Shown piece by piece: positions 16,436 through 25,425 of a stretch of 33,870 nt of DNA. How positions within the stretch are numbered: the stretch's first letter is position 1; every line of letters starts with the position of its first letter. The DNA comes from an uncultured Rikenellaceae bacterium. GTDB taxonomy: Bacteria; Bacteroidota; Bacteroidia; Bacteroidales; VadinHA17. The notes under the pieces are model-generated. The model did no database searches. It saw nothing but the letters and a program-made list of their open reading frames with translations, and had not been told where the DNA came from. Both the position numbers and the translations under genes were made by a program. The DNA is taken from contig CAYWEQ010000011.1 of the NCBI GenBank assembly GCA_964457185.1, positions 1 through 33,870 of the forward strand. The letters run 5' to 3'.

Positions 16436-19348
16436 ATGGATCTCTCCGGTTTACAGAAGGAACTTAAGGGTGATCTGTTCACGGATGACCTGCAGAGGAT
16501 ACTCTATGCAACTGATGCATCATCCTACAGGGAACTGCCGCTTGCTGTAACAAGACCAAAGGATAAGGATGATATACAGAAAATAATCAGTTTTGCCTCA
16601 TCAGTAAGAAGTTCTGTAATACCCAGGGGAGGAGGTACATCCCTTGCAGGACAGGTGGTCGGTTCAGGCATTGTTGTGGATGTATCCAGATATATGAACC
16701 ACATCCTTGAATTCAATCGTGAAGAAAGATGGGTGATAGTCGAACCCGGAGTAATACTGGCTGAGCTGAACAAATTCCTTTTACCTCATGGATTGCAGTT
16801 CGGACCGGAAACTTCAACTGCCGACAGGTGCTGTATGGCAGGAATGCTGGGCAACAATTCATGCGGATTGCATTCTATTATATACGGCAGTGTCAGGGAT
16901 CATATCCTTGAAACAGATGTCATCCTGTCCGATGGATCCGAAGTCACCTTCAGGGAATTGACAACTGAAGAGTTTCTTGGTAAATGTAATGGTGATCCGG
17001 CATCTCATGAAACATCCATCTACAGAAACATTCGTGATACATTATCAGATCCTGAAAACAGGACGGAAATAATGGAACAATTTCCTCATCCTGATCTGAA
17101 GCGGCGCAACAACGGGTATGCCCTTGATTCACTGATGGATACTGATCCGTTCTGCGGAAACGGTAAAAAAATAAACATCTGCAAACTGCTTGCAGGTTCG
17201 GAAGGTACCCTTGCATTCACAACAAAGATGAAGCTGAACCTCATCCCGGTGCCTTCCGGCAAAACAGGTCTTATCTGTGCTCATTTCACGAGCCTGCAGG
17301 ATGCTTTAAAAGCTAATATATTGATCCTCAGGCACAATCCGGCATCAATCGAAATGATCGATGATTTCATCCTGAATTGTACAAAAGAAAATATTGAACA
17401 GAAGAAAAACCGGTTTTTTATAAAGGGAGAACCTGCAATCGTACTGCTGATTGAGCTGATGCGGGATTCAGTCAGAGAGATTGAGGATGCCGCAGGGAAT
17501 ATTGAGAGGGAACTTACTCAGGCAGGTTATGGTTATCATTTCCCGCTATATACAAATATTGATGAAATACAGAAAGTCTGGGCACTTCGCAAAGCAGGTC
17601 TGGGTGTTCTTCTGAACATTCCCGGGGAAAAAAGAAGTGTCCAGGTAATTGAAGATACCTCAGTTCTTCCTGAATTTTTGCCTGAATATATCGTTGATTT
17701 TGAAAAGGTTCTGAAGAAATTTAATCTCAGCTGTGCATATTACGCTCATGTGGCAACAGGAGAGCTGCATCTCAGCCCTCTGCTGAACCTTAAGGATCCG
17801 GCAGATATTGTTCTGTATCGTAACCTGGCTGAGGAGATAGCCCGTCTTGTTAAGAAGTACAGGGGTTCTTTGAGCGGCGAGCATGGAGATGGACGGCTCC
17901 GCGGAGAATTCATTCCCTTCATGCTGGGACAGCATAATTACAGACTCCTGAAAGAACTCAAGAGGACATGGGATCCGGAAAATATTTTTAATCCCGGGAA
18001 GATCATCGATACTCCCCCGATGGACCAGAGTCTAAGGTACAGGATAGGAGAACAGCCGGCACCGCTTACGACCACTTTCAGATTTCCTGAAAAAGGCACG
18101 TTGCTTTTTGCAGTCGAAAAGTGCAGCGGTTCAGGCGACTGCCGGAAAAGCTCAATTATCGGAGGGACGATGTGTCCAACTTTCATGGTCACCGGCGACG
18201 AGGATAAATCAACACGAGGCAGGGCAAATATTTTGCGCGAATTCCTTACCCGTTCCGGACAGAAATATCCATGGGATCATGAGGAGATCTACCAGGTGAT
18301 GGATCTCTGTCTTTCATGCAAGGCGTGTAAATCGGAATGCCCTTCCAATGTCGACATGACCAGGTTCAAGGCTGAATTCCTGCAGCATTATTATGAAATT
18401 CACGGTGTCCCTTTCAGGACCTGGCTGATCGGGTGGCTGCCGCGGATAAACAGCCTGGGAATGGTTTTCCGTCCTGTAACTAATTTTATCACAGGTCTGG
18501 GGATCTTTAAGAAAATGATCGGATTTGAGGAAAAGCGCAGGATACCTTCACTGTCAAAAACAACACTGAAAGCCTGGGGACGCAGGCATCGGGACAATCA
18601 GACAGAAAAGAAGACCAGGGTTTATCTCTTTGCCGATGAATTCACAAACTACAATGAATCCGACCTGGGCATAAAAACTATCCTTCTCCTTGAGAAGCTG
18701 GGTTACCAGGTCGCTATCCCGAAACACAGGGAAAGCGGACGAACCTTCCTGTCCAGGGGAATGCTCAGGAGCGCGAAGAAAATTGCCAATAAAAACGTGC
18801 TGTTGCTGAAAGAGATAATTACTGAAGAGTCGCCCCTATTAGGACTGGAGCCGTCAGCGATACTGACATTCAGGGATGAGTATCCAGAGATTGTCAACCC
18901 ACGTTTACGTGATGATGCAGGAAGGCTGGGCGAGCGGGCTATATTGCTTGAAGAGTTTATCTGCCGGGAATTCGATAATGGAAAGATCACTTCAGGTCAG
19001 TTCACATCTGAAAAATTAAGTATTAAACTTCATGGTCATTGTCAGCAGAAAGCAATATCTTCAACAGGATTTACAAAGAAAATGCTTTCAATACCGGTCA
19101 ATTACATGGTTGATGAAATTCCGGGCGGATGCTGTGGGATGGCGGGAGCATTCGGGTATGAAAAGGAACATTACGAACTGAGTATGAAGATAGGGGAGAT
19201 GGTGCTTTTCCCTGCCGTGAGGTCAGCGTCAGAAGATACCATAATTGCTGCGCCCGGAACATCATGCAGGCACCACATATCGGAAGGTACGGGAAGAACC
19301 GCCCTGCACCCTGCAGAGATCCTGTTTGAAGCACTTATTAAAGATTGA
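16436..19348 (+). CDS. FAD-binding oxidase (GlcD-like) fused to 4Fe-4S and CCG cysteine-rich domains; Dld-II-type D-lactate dehydrogenase candidate
   Basis: The FAD PCMH-type region is IPRGGGTSLAGQ. The ferredoxin motif is CLSCKACKSECP. CCG-domain cysteines are GGCCGMAG and HGHCQQK. At 970 aa its architecture matches Shewanella Dld-II-like enzymes. Confidence 0.75.
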   Translation: MDLSGLQKELKGDLFTDDLQRILYATDASSYRELPLAVTRPKDKDDIQKIISFASSVRSSVIPRGGGTSLAGQVVGSGIVVDVSRYMNHILEFNREERWVIVEPGVILAELNKFLLPHGLQFGPETSTADRCCMAGMLGNNSCGLHSIIYGSVRDHILETDVILSDGSEVTFRELTTEEFLGKCNGDPASHETSIYRNIRDTLSDPENRTEIMEQFPHPDLKRRNNGYALDSLMDTDPFCGNGKKINICKLLAGSEGTLAFTTKMKLNLIPVPSGKTGLICAHFTSLQDALKANILILRHNPASIEMIDDFILNCTKENIEQKKNRFFIKGEPAIVLLIELMRDSVREIEDAAGNIERELTQAGYGYHFPLYTNIDEIQKVWALRKAGLGVLLNIPGEKRSVQVIEDTSVLPEFLPEYIVDFEKVLKKFNLSCAYYAHVATGELHLSPLLNLKDPADIVLYRNLAEEIARLVKKYRGSLSGEHGDGRLRGEFIPFMLGQHNYRLLKELKRTWDPENIFNPGKIIDTPPMDQSLRYRIGEQPAPLTTTFRFPEKGTLLFAVEKCSGSGDCRKSSIIGGTMCPTFMVTGDEDKSTRGRANILREFLTRSGQKYPWDHEEIYQVMDLCLSCKACKSECPSNVDMTRFKAEFLQHYYEIHGVPFRTWLIGWLPRINSLGMVFRPVTNFITGLGIFKKMIGFEEKRRIPSLSKTTLKAWGRRHRDNQTEKKTRVYLFADEFTNYNESDLGIKTILLLEKLGYQVAIPKHRESGRTFLSRGMLRSAKKIANKNVLLLKEIITEESPLLGLEPSAILTFRDEYPEIVNPRLRDDAGRLGERAILLEEFICREFDNGKITSGQFTSEKLSIKLHGHCQQKAISSTGFTKKMLSIPVNYMVDEIPGGCCGMAGAFGYEKEHYELSMKIGEMVLFPAVRSASEDTIIAAPGTSCRHHISEGTGRTALHPAEILFEALIKD

Positions 19349-19376
19349 GATTGGGATGTAATTAAAACATGGAACT

Positions 19377-21704
19377 ATGGAGATAGAAGGATTATCAAAG
19401 GTAGAGCAGTCGTTTTTCAACCGCTCGGGGAGAAAAGATTTTTCCACTAAGATACCTTACATAATTGTAAAGAATTTCCCTGACCTTGGATTGATTAGTT
19501 CACTGAGATTCCTGGAATGGCTGGCTGAAAATCCTGAAGGAAAGATCAGTCTTCCAACCGGCAAGACCCCTGAGTATTTTATTAAATGGACGCAAAGGCT
19601 TCTGGAAGGCTGGAACAAACCGGAGAACCGAAAGCTGATGGAAGAGAACGGCCTCTTCCTGACCAGGAAACCTTCGCTTAAAGGATTGCACTTCGTTCAG
19701 ATTGATGAGTTCTATCCCATTAATCCGAAACACCATAACAGCTTTTATGATTATGTAATGAATTATTACATAAAGGGATTTGATCTTGATCCTGGCAGGG
19801 CTCTGCTGATAAATGCCGACGAGATACCATTGTCCCGGGGTAAACATTTTTCCGAAGTATTCCCCGACAACCGTATTGACCTGACCCTTAGGAACAGGGA
19901 GGCTGTTACTCCGCTCGAAAAGTTGCAGCAGGCTTCTCTTTTCAGCATAGATAACTGGTGTACCGGCTATGAGAACAGGATCAGGGAAATGGGAGGGATA
20001 GGTTTCTTCCTTGGGGGCATGGGCCCTGACGGTCATATAGCCTTCAATACACGAGGCAGTGATCATAATTCCTCAACCCGTTTGACGGCTACCAACTTTG
20101 AAACACAGGCTGCATCGGCTGGCGACCTCGGTGGAATTGAAGTATCAAGGACCAGGCTGGTAATAACAATAGGGCTGGGAACAATTACCTGCAACCCTGA
20201 TGGTGTTACAATAATCTTCGCAGCCGGCGAGGCTAAGGCTCCTGTTGTGAGAAATGCTCTTGAAAATCCGCCTGATAACCTTTACCCGGCAACTGTCCTG
20301 CAAAGGCAGAAGAATGCTCGCTTCTACCTTACCGAGGGAGCAGCAGTTCTGCTTAATGACTGCATTGAAAAGTACTTCAAGGAAGGCGAATGGACCTTTG
20401 AAAAAACGGAAAAGGCAATTTTTGACCTGTGTCAGAGAATTGATAAATACGCACATAAACTGGAAATAGATGACCTCAGAAATGACAGGTACTGCTGCCT
20501 CATTCCCGGCCTGAGCATGGAGCGGGTGAAGGAAGTCATTGAAGCAACAAAAAAGAAAATTGAAGCCGGTAATAAAAAAGAACAAAATCAAACCTTTCTC
20601 CACACCGGACCCCATCATGACGATATAATGCTGGGTATTTTCCCGTGTATTATTCCTCAGCTTCGAATTACTTCCAATAAATTTCATTTTGCAGTATTTA
20701 CATCAGGATTTACTGCTGTTACAAACATTATGCTCCAGAATCTTCTTGAAGAGACACTTAATCATATAGAGCAGGATAAGATTAATATGATTGAATATCC
20801 GGATTTTTTTGATCAGGGATACAAATACAAATTTGATAAGGATGTGAGCCATTATCTTGATAAGATAGCGGCTAAAGATGAAGCAGGTAAATTAAGAGGT
20901 ATTTGTCACAGGATGATCAGGGTGATGGTACATATTTACAGACTGAAATCCCGGGAAGAGCTGACAGACCGGATAAAAAAGAATATTGAATTATTGAAAT
21001 CAAGCTATAGCGGGGAAAAGAATTCTCCTGATATTCAGAAGCTTAAAGGAATGCTCCGCGAATATGAGGAAGAGCTGGTTTGGGCTCATTACGGGGTTAA
21101 AGTTCAGGACATCGAGCACCTCCGTCTTGGATTCTATACCGGAGACATATTTACACCCCAGCCTCAAAGTGAGAGGGACGTGGAACCCATCCTTGATATG
21201 CTCAGACGCGTTAAGCCTACAATTGTAAGCCTTGCTTTTGATCCGGAAGGATCAGGCCCCGATACTCATTATAAGGTTCTGCAGGCACTCGCAGAAGCAC
21301 TGCGGCAGTGGAAAAAGGAGACTGACACTTCGGCGCTCAGGATAATTGGTTACAGGAATGTTTGGTTCAGATTCCATCCCGCTGATGCTAATATATTCAC
21401 TCCCGTATCCCTGAATTCAATGGCAATACTCGACCGGTCGTTCATGAACTGCTATATAAGCCAGGTTGATGCTTCATTCCCGAGCTACGAGCTTGACGGG
21501 CCTTTCAGCGATCTTTCCCAGCAGATATGGGTTGAACAGTTCAAGCGTGTGCAACTGATCCTGGGCAAGGATTTCTTCTATCAGCATGAAAGCCCGAAGA
21601 TAAGGGCAACACACGGTATGATATTTCATAAGGAGATGAAGGTGGATGAGTTTCTCATTCATGCCCGTGAACTGGAAAAGAGCATGGAGGGAGAAACAGG
21701 GTAG
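19377..21704 (+). CDS. nagB: Long glucosamine-6-phosphate deaminase (NagB-like N-terminal domain) fused to an LmbE/PIG-L-like deacetylase-fold domain
   Basis: NagB blocks are ISLPTGKTPEYF, FVQIDEFYP and GGMGPDGHIAFN. The LmbE-like motif is HTGPHHDDIMLG, and FDPEGSGPDTHYK lies further downstream. Confidence 0.8.
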   Translation: MEIEGLSKVEQSFFNRSGRKDFSTKIPYIIVKNFPDLGLISSLRFLEWLAENPEGKISLPTGKTPEYFIKWTQRLLEGWNKPENRKLMEENGLFLTRKPSLKGLHFVQIDEFYPINPKHHNSFYDYVMNYYIKGFDLDPGRALLINADEIPLSRGKHFSEVFPDNRIDLTLRNREAVTPLEKLQQASLFSIDNWCTGYENRIREMGGIGFFLGGMGPDGHIAFNTRGSDHNSSTRLTATNFETQAASAGDLGGIEVSRTRLVITIGLGTITCNPDGVTIIFAAGEAKAPVVRNALENPPDNLYPATVLQRQKNARFYLTEGAAVLLNDCIEKYFKEGEWTFEKTEKAIFDLCQRIDKYAHKLEIDDLRNDRYCCLIPGLSMERVKEVIEATKKKIEAGNKKEQNQTFLHTGPHHDDIMLGIFPCIIPQLRITSNKFHFAVFTSGFTAVTNIMLQNLLEETLNHIEQDKINMIEYPDFFDQGYKYKFDKDVSHYLDKIAAKDEAGKLRGICHRMIRVMVHIYRLKSREELTDRIKKNIELLKSSYSGEKNSPDIQKLKGMLREYEEELVWAHYGVKVQDIEHLRLGFYTGDIFTPQPQSERDVEPILDMLRRVKPTIVSLAFDPEGSGPDTHYKVLQALAEALRQWKKETDTSALRIIGYRNVWFRFHPADANIFTPVSLNSMAILDRSFMNCYISQVDASFPSYELDGPFSDLSQQIWVEQFKRVQLILGKDFFYQHESPKIRATHGMIFHKEMKVDEFLIHARELEKSMEGETG

Positions 21705-21727
21705 TTACAGATTATAATGAATCTCTT

Positions 21728-22978
21728 TCAATACAGGAAATAGTTACCGGCCCTGGTCCTGAAAGCCGGAATATCGCCGGTCCACATATCAATGATGGAA
21801 TCTACTCTCCAGGTCTTTGTGAACAGGATTCTTACCTGGTCGGTTCCGCAAACCTTATCGAACATATCGAGCCTCGCCTTTTCACAGATGGCAAAAATAT
21901 CTTTTCCGGGCCATAGTTTCCATGCTTCCTGCAGTATGTAGAACTGAATGAGCGACAGTGGTGCTATTCTGATATCCGTCAGATGTATCTGGACCCCGTG
22001 TACCATTTTACCCTGTGAAACACTGTAGTATGGTTTGTAATGCACGGGTCTGAAAATAACACCGGGAAGATCAAGCGAATTAAGGTTCCGGGCAAGCGAG
22101 TCAGCATCGTACCATTCAGTTGCAAACATCTGAAATGGCAATGTGTAACCGACCCCGATGCTTGCAACATACAATTCACCTGTGATACCGGTGGCGGGAT
22201 AATAGCAGGCTGTTACAGCATGAGGTATATGAGGAGAGGAGGGAACCCAGGGCAGCCCGGTATCCTCAAAGGACATATCTCTTTTCCATCCGTTCATCTT
22301 TATAACTTTCAGATCGCATCTTACGCCGTTTTCAAGAAGCCCTTCCCCATTCAGGTATAATGCAAGCTCACCGACAGTCATCCCATGAACATAAGGGATA
22401 GGATACTGGCTCACAAAAGATATGAATCCCTCCCTTACCAGCGGCCCTTCCATCCTGAACCCGCCAAGAGGATTAGGCCGGTCAAGGACGATAAACGGGA
22501 TATTACTTTCAGCAGCAGCCTCCATGGCAAGCCCCAGGGTGCTGATATATGTGTATGACCGGGATCCGATATCCTGTATGTCATACACAAGAACATCTAT
22601 CCCTTTGAGCATCTCTTTAGTTGGTTTTCTGGTGTTTCCATACAAGCTGTAAACGGGTAAACCTGTGGAGGGATCAGTTGCCGATCCTATGATCTCACCT
22701 GCAGTATAATCACCTCTCACTCCATGCTCAGGCCCGTAAAGAGCGGTAAGCTTAACACCGGGTGCGTTATATAAAAGGTCAATACAGGATTGTAAATCCC
22801 TGTTGACTCCGGTGGGATTGGTTATCAATCCCACTTTTTTGCCCTTTAATATTTCAAACTTGCTTTTAACAAGAACCTCCAGGCCTGTTTCAACAGGCTG
22901 TCCCTGCAGAGTGCAGGTTACGATAAAAATATGGATTACCGTAAGAATTGTCATGAATGTAATAACTCTGTGTCTCAT
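21728..22978 (-). CDS. namZ: DUF1343 / YbbC family exo-beta-N-acetylmuramidase, exported
   Basis: The N-terminal hydrophobic leader is MTILTVIHIFIVTCTLQG. DUF1343 blocks are VGLITNPTGV, ALYGPEHG, DVLVYDIQDIGSRSYTYIST and FIVLDRPNP. Confidence 0.85.
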   Translation of the reverse strand: MRHRVITFMTILTVIHIFIVTCTLQGQPVETGLEVLVKSKFEILKGKKVGLITNPTGVNRDLQSCIDLLYNAPGVKLTALYGPEHGVRGDYTAGEIIGSATDPSTGLPVYSLYGNTRKPTKEMLKGIDVLVYDIQDIGSRSYTYISTLGLAMEAAAESNIPFIVLDRPNPLGGFRMEGPLVREGFISFVSQYPIPYVHGMTVGELALYLNGEGLLENGVRCDLKVIKMNGWKRDMSFEDTGLPWVPSSPHIPHAVTACYYPATGITGELYVASIGVGYTLPFQMFATEWYDADSLARNLNSLDLPGVIFRPVHYKPYYSVSQGKMVHGVQIHLTDIRIAPLSLIQFYILQEAWKLWPGKDIFAICEKARLDMFDKVCGTDQVRILFTKTWRVDSIIDMWTGDIPAFRTRAGNYFLY

Positions 22979-23005
22979 ACATAGCCTTAATATGACGGCA
23001 ATTTA

Positions 23006-23013
23006 TAATTTTG
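23006..23013 (+). promoter_or_regulatory. Candidate -7 box (TAATTTTG) for the NlpC/P60-to-murU block
   Basis: TAnnTTTG lies 30 nt upstream of the ATG at 23043. The extended context TTTATAATTTTG resembles TTTATAAATTTG at 5441-5452. Confidence 0.4.
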
Positions 23014-23042
23014 TGAAATGGGATACAACATTTTATAAAATT

Positions 23043-24224
23043 ATGAGATTCAAAGTTATTCTGATCTTATTACTTCTGGTCACCGGATGCAGAACCAGGG
23101 AAGTGCCGCTTCAGATACAGAAAGATATTGACTCAATAGCAGTCAAATGGGTCCCTGATGAACGTGAGGGTATCTGCAGGTTTACTGTGAATATGTTAGC
23201 AGGTGATGCCCTGGTAATAAAAGGCGAAACAAACTTACCCGAAGCAAAAAATGAAATAATCAGTTATCTGGGAAACACGGGACTGCAGATCTTTGACAGT
23301 CTTAAAATCCTTCCCGATCCTTCAGGAACAGAAAAAAGGTGGGGATTGGTCACAGTAAGTGTCTGTAACATCAAAAGCAAACCATCCTTTGCAAGCGAAC
23401 AGGTCTCTCAGGCTGTAATGGGAACCCCTGTGAAAATCCTTAAAACCGGCGGAAGCTGGTTGCTGATACAAACTCCGGATCATTACCTTGGATGGACAAC
23501 TGACAGCAGCATAAGTGAAATGGATGAAGATGAAATCGCAGAATGGAAACTGTCTGACAGGTTGATATATACCTGTAAATCAGGCGATATCATGTCTGAA
23601 ACTGACGGAAGCGGTGTGATCTCGGATATTACTGCAGGTGCTGTCCTGCAAAAGATATCAGAAAGCAGGGATTATTATACTGTTGAGCTTCCTGACGGAA
23701 GAAGGGGGATTGTCAGTAAAAAGGAGACTGCTGAGTTTGATAAGTGGTGCGCCGAAATCAAACCCGATCCTGACAGGATGATTCAATTTGCTGAATCGCT
23801 GAACGGCTCGCCGTATATGTGGGGAGGAACATCTTCCAAGGCGATAGACTGCAGCGGATTTATCAAGATAATATTTTTTACAGGCGGTATCGTTCTGGCA
23901 CGCGATGCCTCGCAACAGTTTTCATACGGAGAGCCTGTTGACATTTCTTCATCCTGCGATTCTCTTGCACCGGGTGACCTGATCTTCTTCGGACATCTTA
24001 ATGATAAGGGAGAAAAAAGAATCACACATGTCGGAATGTATATCGGCGATACTGAAGTGATACATTCATCCGGAATGGTCAGGATAAACAGCCTTGATTC
24101 GACCCGCATCAACTACAGCAGTTATCTGAAAAAAACAATAATGGGAGCACGCAGAGTTATCGTTGAAGATTCTCAGAAAGGAACAGAGTCAGTAGCTCAT
24201 CATAGCTGGTATAACAATCTGTAA
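23043..24224 (+). CDS. Lipoprotein with SH3b-like repeats and a C-terminal NlpC/P60 cysteine peptidase domain (YkfC-like gamma-D-glutamyl-L-diamino acid endopeptidase candidate)
   Basis: The lipobox is MRFKVILILLLLVTGC from the ATG at 23043. NlpC/P60 catalytic context is PYMWGGTSSKAIDCSGF and HVGMYIGDTEVIHSS. The track's 22803 start overlaps namZ and is rejected. Confidence 0.85.
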   Translation: MRFKVILILLLLVTGCRTREVPLQIQKDIDSIAVKWVPDEREGICRFTVNMLAGDALVIKGETNLPEAKNEIISYLGNTGLQIFDSLKILPDPSGTEKRWGLVTVSVCNIKSKPSFASEQVSQAVMGTPVKILKTGGSWLLIQTPDHYLGWTTDSSISEMDEDEIAEWKLSDRLIYTCKSGDIMSETDGSGVISDITAGAVLQKISESRDYYTVELPDGRRGIVSKKETAEFDKWCAEIKPDPDRMIQFAESLNGSPYMWGGTSSKAIDCSGFIKIIFFTGGIVLARDASQQFSYGEPVDISSSCDSLAPGDLIFFGHLNDKGEKRITHVGMYIGDTEVIHSSGMVRINSLDSTRINYSSYLKKTIMGARRVIVEDSQKGTESVAHHSWYNNL

Positions 24225-24225
24225 A

Positions 24226-25380
24226 ATGAAGAAAAGGGATTTTTTGAAATACTGCTCCTTGATGGCAGGTGCAATGATTTCCGGCAGAGCAGGTGCTATT
24301 GCTGCTCCGGTAAAAACAACATCCTCAATGAAACGAAAGAGTAAAACAATGAAGCTCACGTTTATACCGTATGAGCTTCAGCTTAAACATGTGTTTACGC
24401 TGGCGACCAGCTCACGCACCACTACACCAGTTGTGCTTACAGAAATTGAGTACGACGGACAAAAAGGTTACGGTGAAGCCTCAATGCCTCCATACCTGGG
24501 AGAAAGTCATGAAACAGTGATAAAATTTCTTTCTCAGGTTAACCTTTCACAGTTTAAAGATCCTTTCCTCATTGAGGATATAGTGGCATATCTTGACGGA
24601 ATCATGCCTGGCAACTATGCAGCTAAAGCCTCTGTAGACATAGCTCTGCATGACCTTGTCGGGAAGCTGACAGGGAAACCATGGTTCAGGCTCTGGGGCC
24701 TTGATCCTGAGAAAACTCCCTTTACAAGCTTTACGATCGGCATTGATACCCCTGAGGTCGTCCGGCAGAAAGTTGCTGAGGCAGAACCTTATAAAATACT
24801 GAAAGTAAAGCTTGGACTTGGCAATGATAAGGAAATGGTTGAAACTATAAGGAGCATATCGGACAAACCGATCTGTGTGGATGTCAACCAGGGATGGAAA
24901 GACAGGAACTACGCCCTTGAAATGGCATACTGGCTTAAAGAAAATAATGTAATATTCCTTGAGCAGCCGATGCCGAAAACCATGACAGATGATATTGCCT
25001 GGCTTAATGCAAATTCACCCGTCCCGGTTGTTGCGGATGAGGCGCTGCAGACAATAGATGACCTTCTCACGATGAAAGGAGTATATTCCGCAATAAACAT
25101 CAAGCTGATGAAATGCGGAGGAATGAATGCGGCATACAAGATTGCCCTGATGGCAAGCGGGATGGGGATGAAGGTGATGATCGGTTGTATGACCGAAACA
25201 TCATGTGCAATATCAGCGGCTGCGCAGCTCTCACCGCTGGCTCAATGGGCCGACCTTGATGGTAATCTGCTGATAAGCAACGATTGTTACGAAGGCGTTA
25301 CCATCACCGATGGCAAGATAACCCTTAATGAAAAACCCGGGATAGGGATCACCGAAAAAATAAAAATGTTCCACAACTGA
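24226..25380 (+). CDS. Enolase-superfamily dipeptide epimerase (L-Ala-D/L-Glu epimerase, YkfB/YcjG-like) with an N-terminal Tat-like extension
   Basis: MR/MLE-type blocks are ILKVKLG, VDVNQGW, LEQP, VVADE and NIKLMKCGG. The ATG lies 1 nt after the NlpC/P60 stop. The first 41 aa read MKKRDFLKYCSLMAGAMISGRAGAIAAP... Confidence 0.8.
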   Translation: MKKRDFLKYCSLMAGAMISGRAGAIAAPVKTTSSMKRKSKTMKLTFIPYELQLKHVFTLATSSRTTTPVVLTEIEYDGQKGYGEASMPPYLGESHETVIKFLSQVNLSQFKDPFLIEDIVAYLDGIMPGNYAAKASVDIALHDLVGKLTGKPWFRLWGLDPEKTPFTSFTIGIDTPEVVRQKVAEAEPYKILKVKLGLGNDKEMVETIRSISDKPICVDVNQGWKDRNYALEMAYWLKENNVIFLEQPMPKTMTDDIAWLNANSPVPVVADEALQTIDDLLTMKGVYSAINIKLMKCGGMNAAYKIALMASGMGMKVMIGCMTETSCAISAAAQLSPLAQWADLDGNLLISNDCYEGVTITDGKITLNEKPGIGITEKIKMFHN

Positions 25381-25425
25381 TCATTGATCTATATTGCTAT
25401 TTTTATAGCTTTTTAGGATTTGAAT

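Noticed and set aside
19500-20687. Two long antisense ORFs (188 and 180 aa) inside the nagB-LmbE gene
   Set aside because: They have no recognisable motifs, and the sense strand carries unambiguous NagB and LmbE signatures. They are typical shadow ORFs.
22803-23042. The 80-codon N-terminal extension of the NlpC/P60 ORF given in the track
   Set aside because: It overlaps the 5' end of namZ on the opposite strand. The internal ATG at 23043 gives a textbook lipoprotein signal (LLLVTGC) and is preceded by a TAnnTTTG box.
24349-25380. Met42 as the true start of the dipeptide epimerase, which would make the Tat-like leader an artefact
   Set aside because: This is not fully rejected and is kept as the alternative hypothesis. 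The 24226 start is favoured because it abuts the upstream stop by 1 nt and the leader has coherent n/h/c-region organisation.
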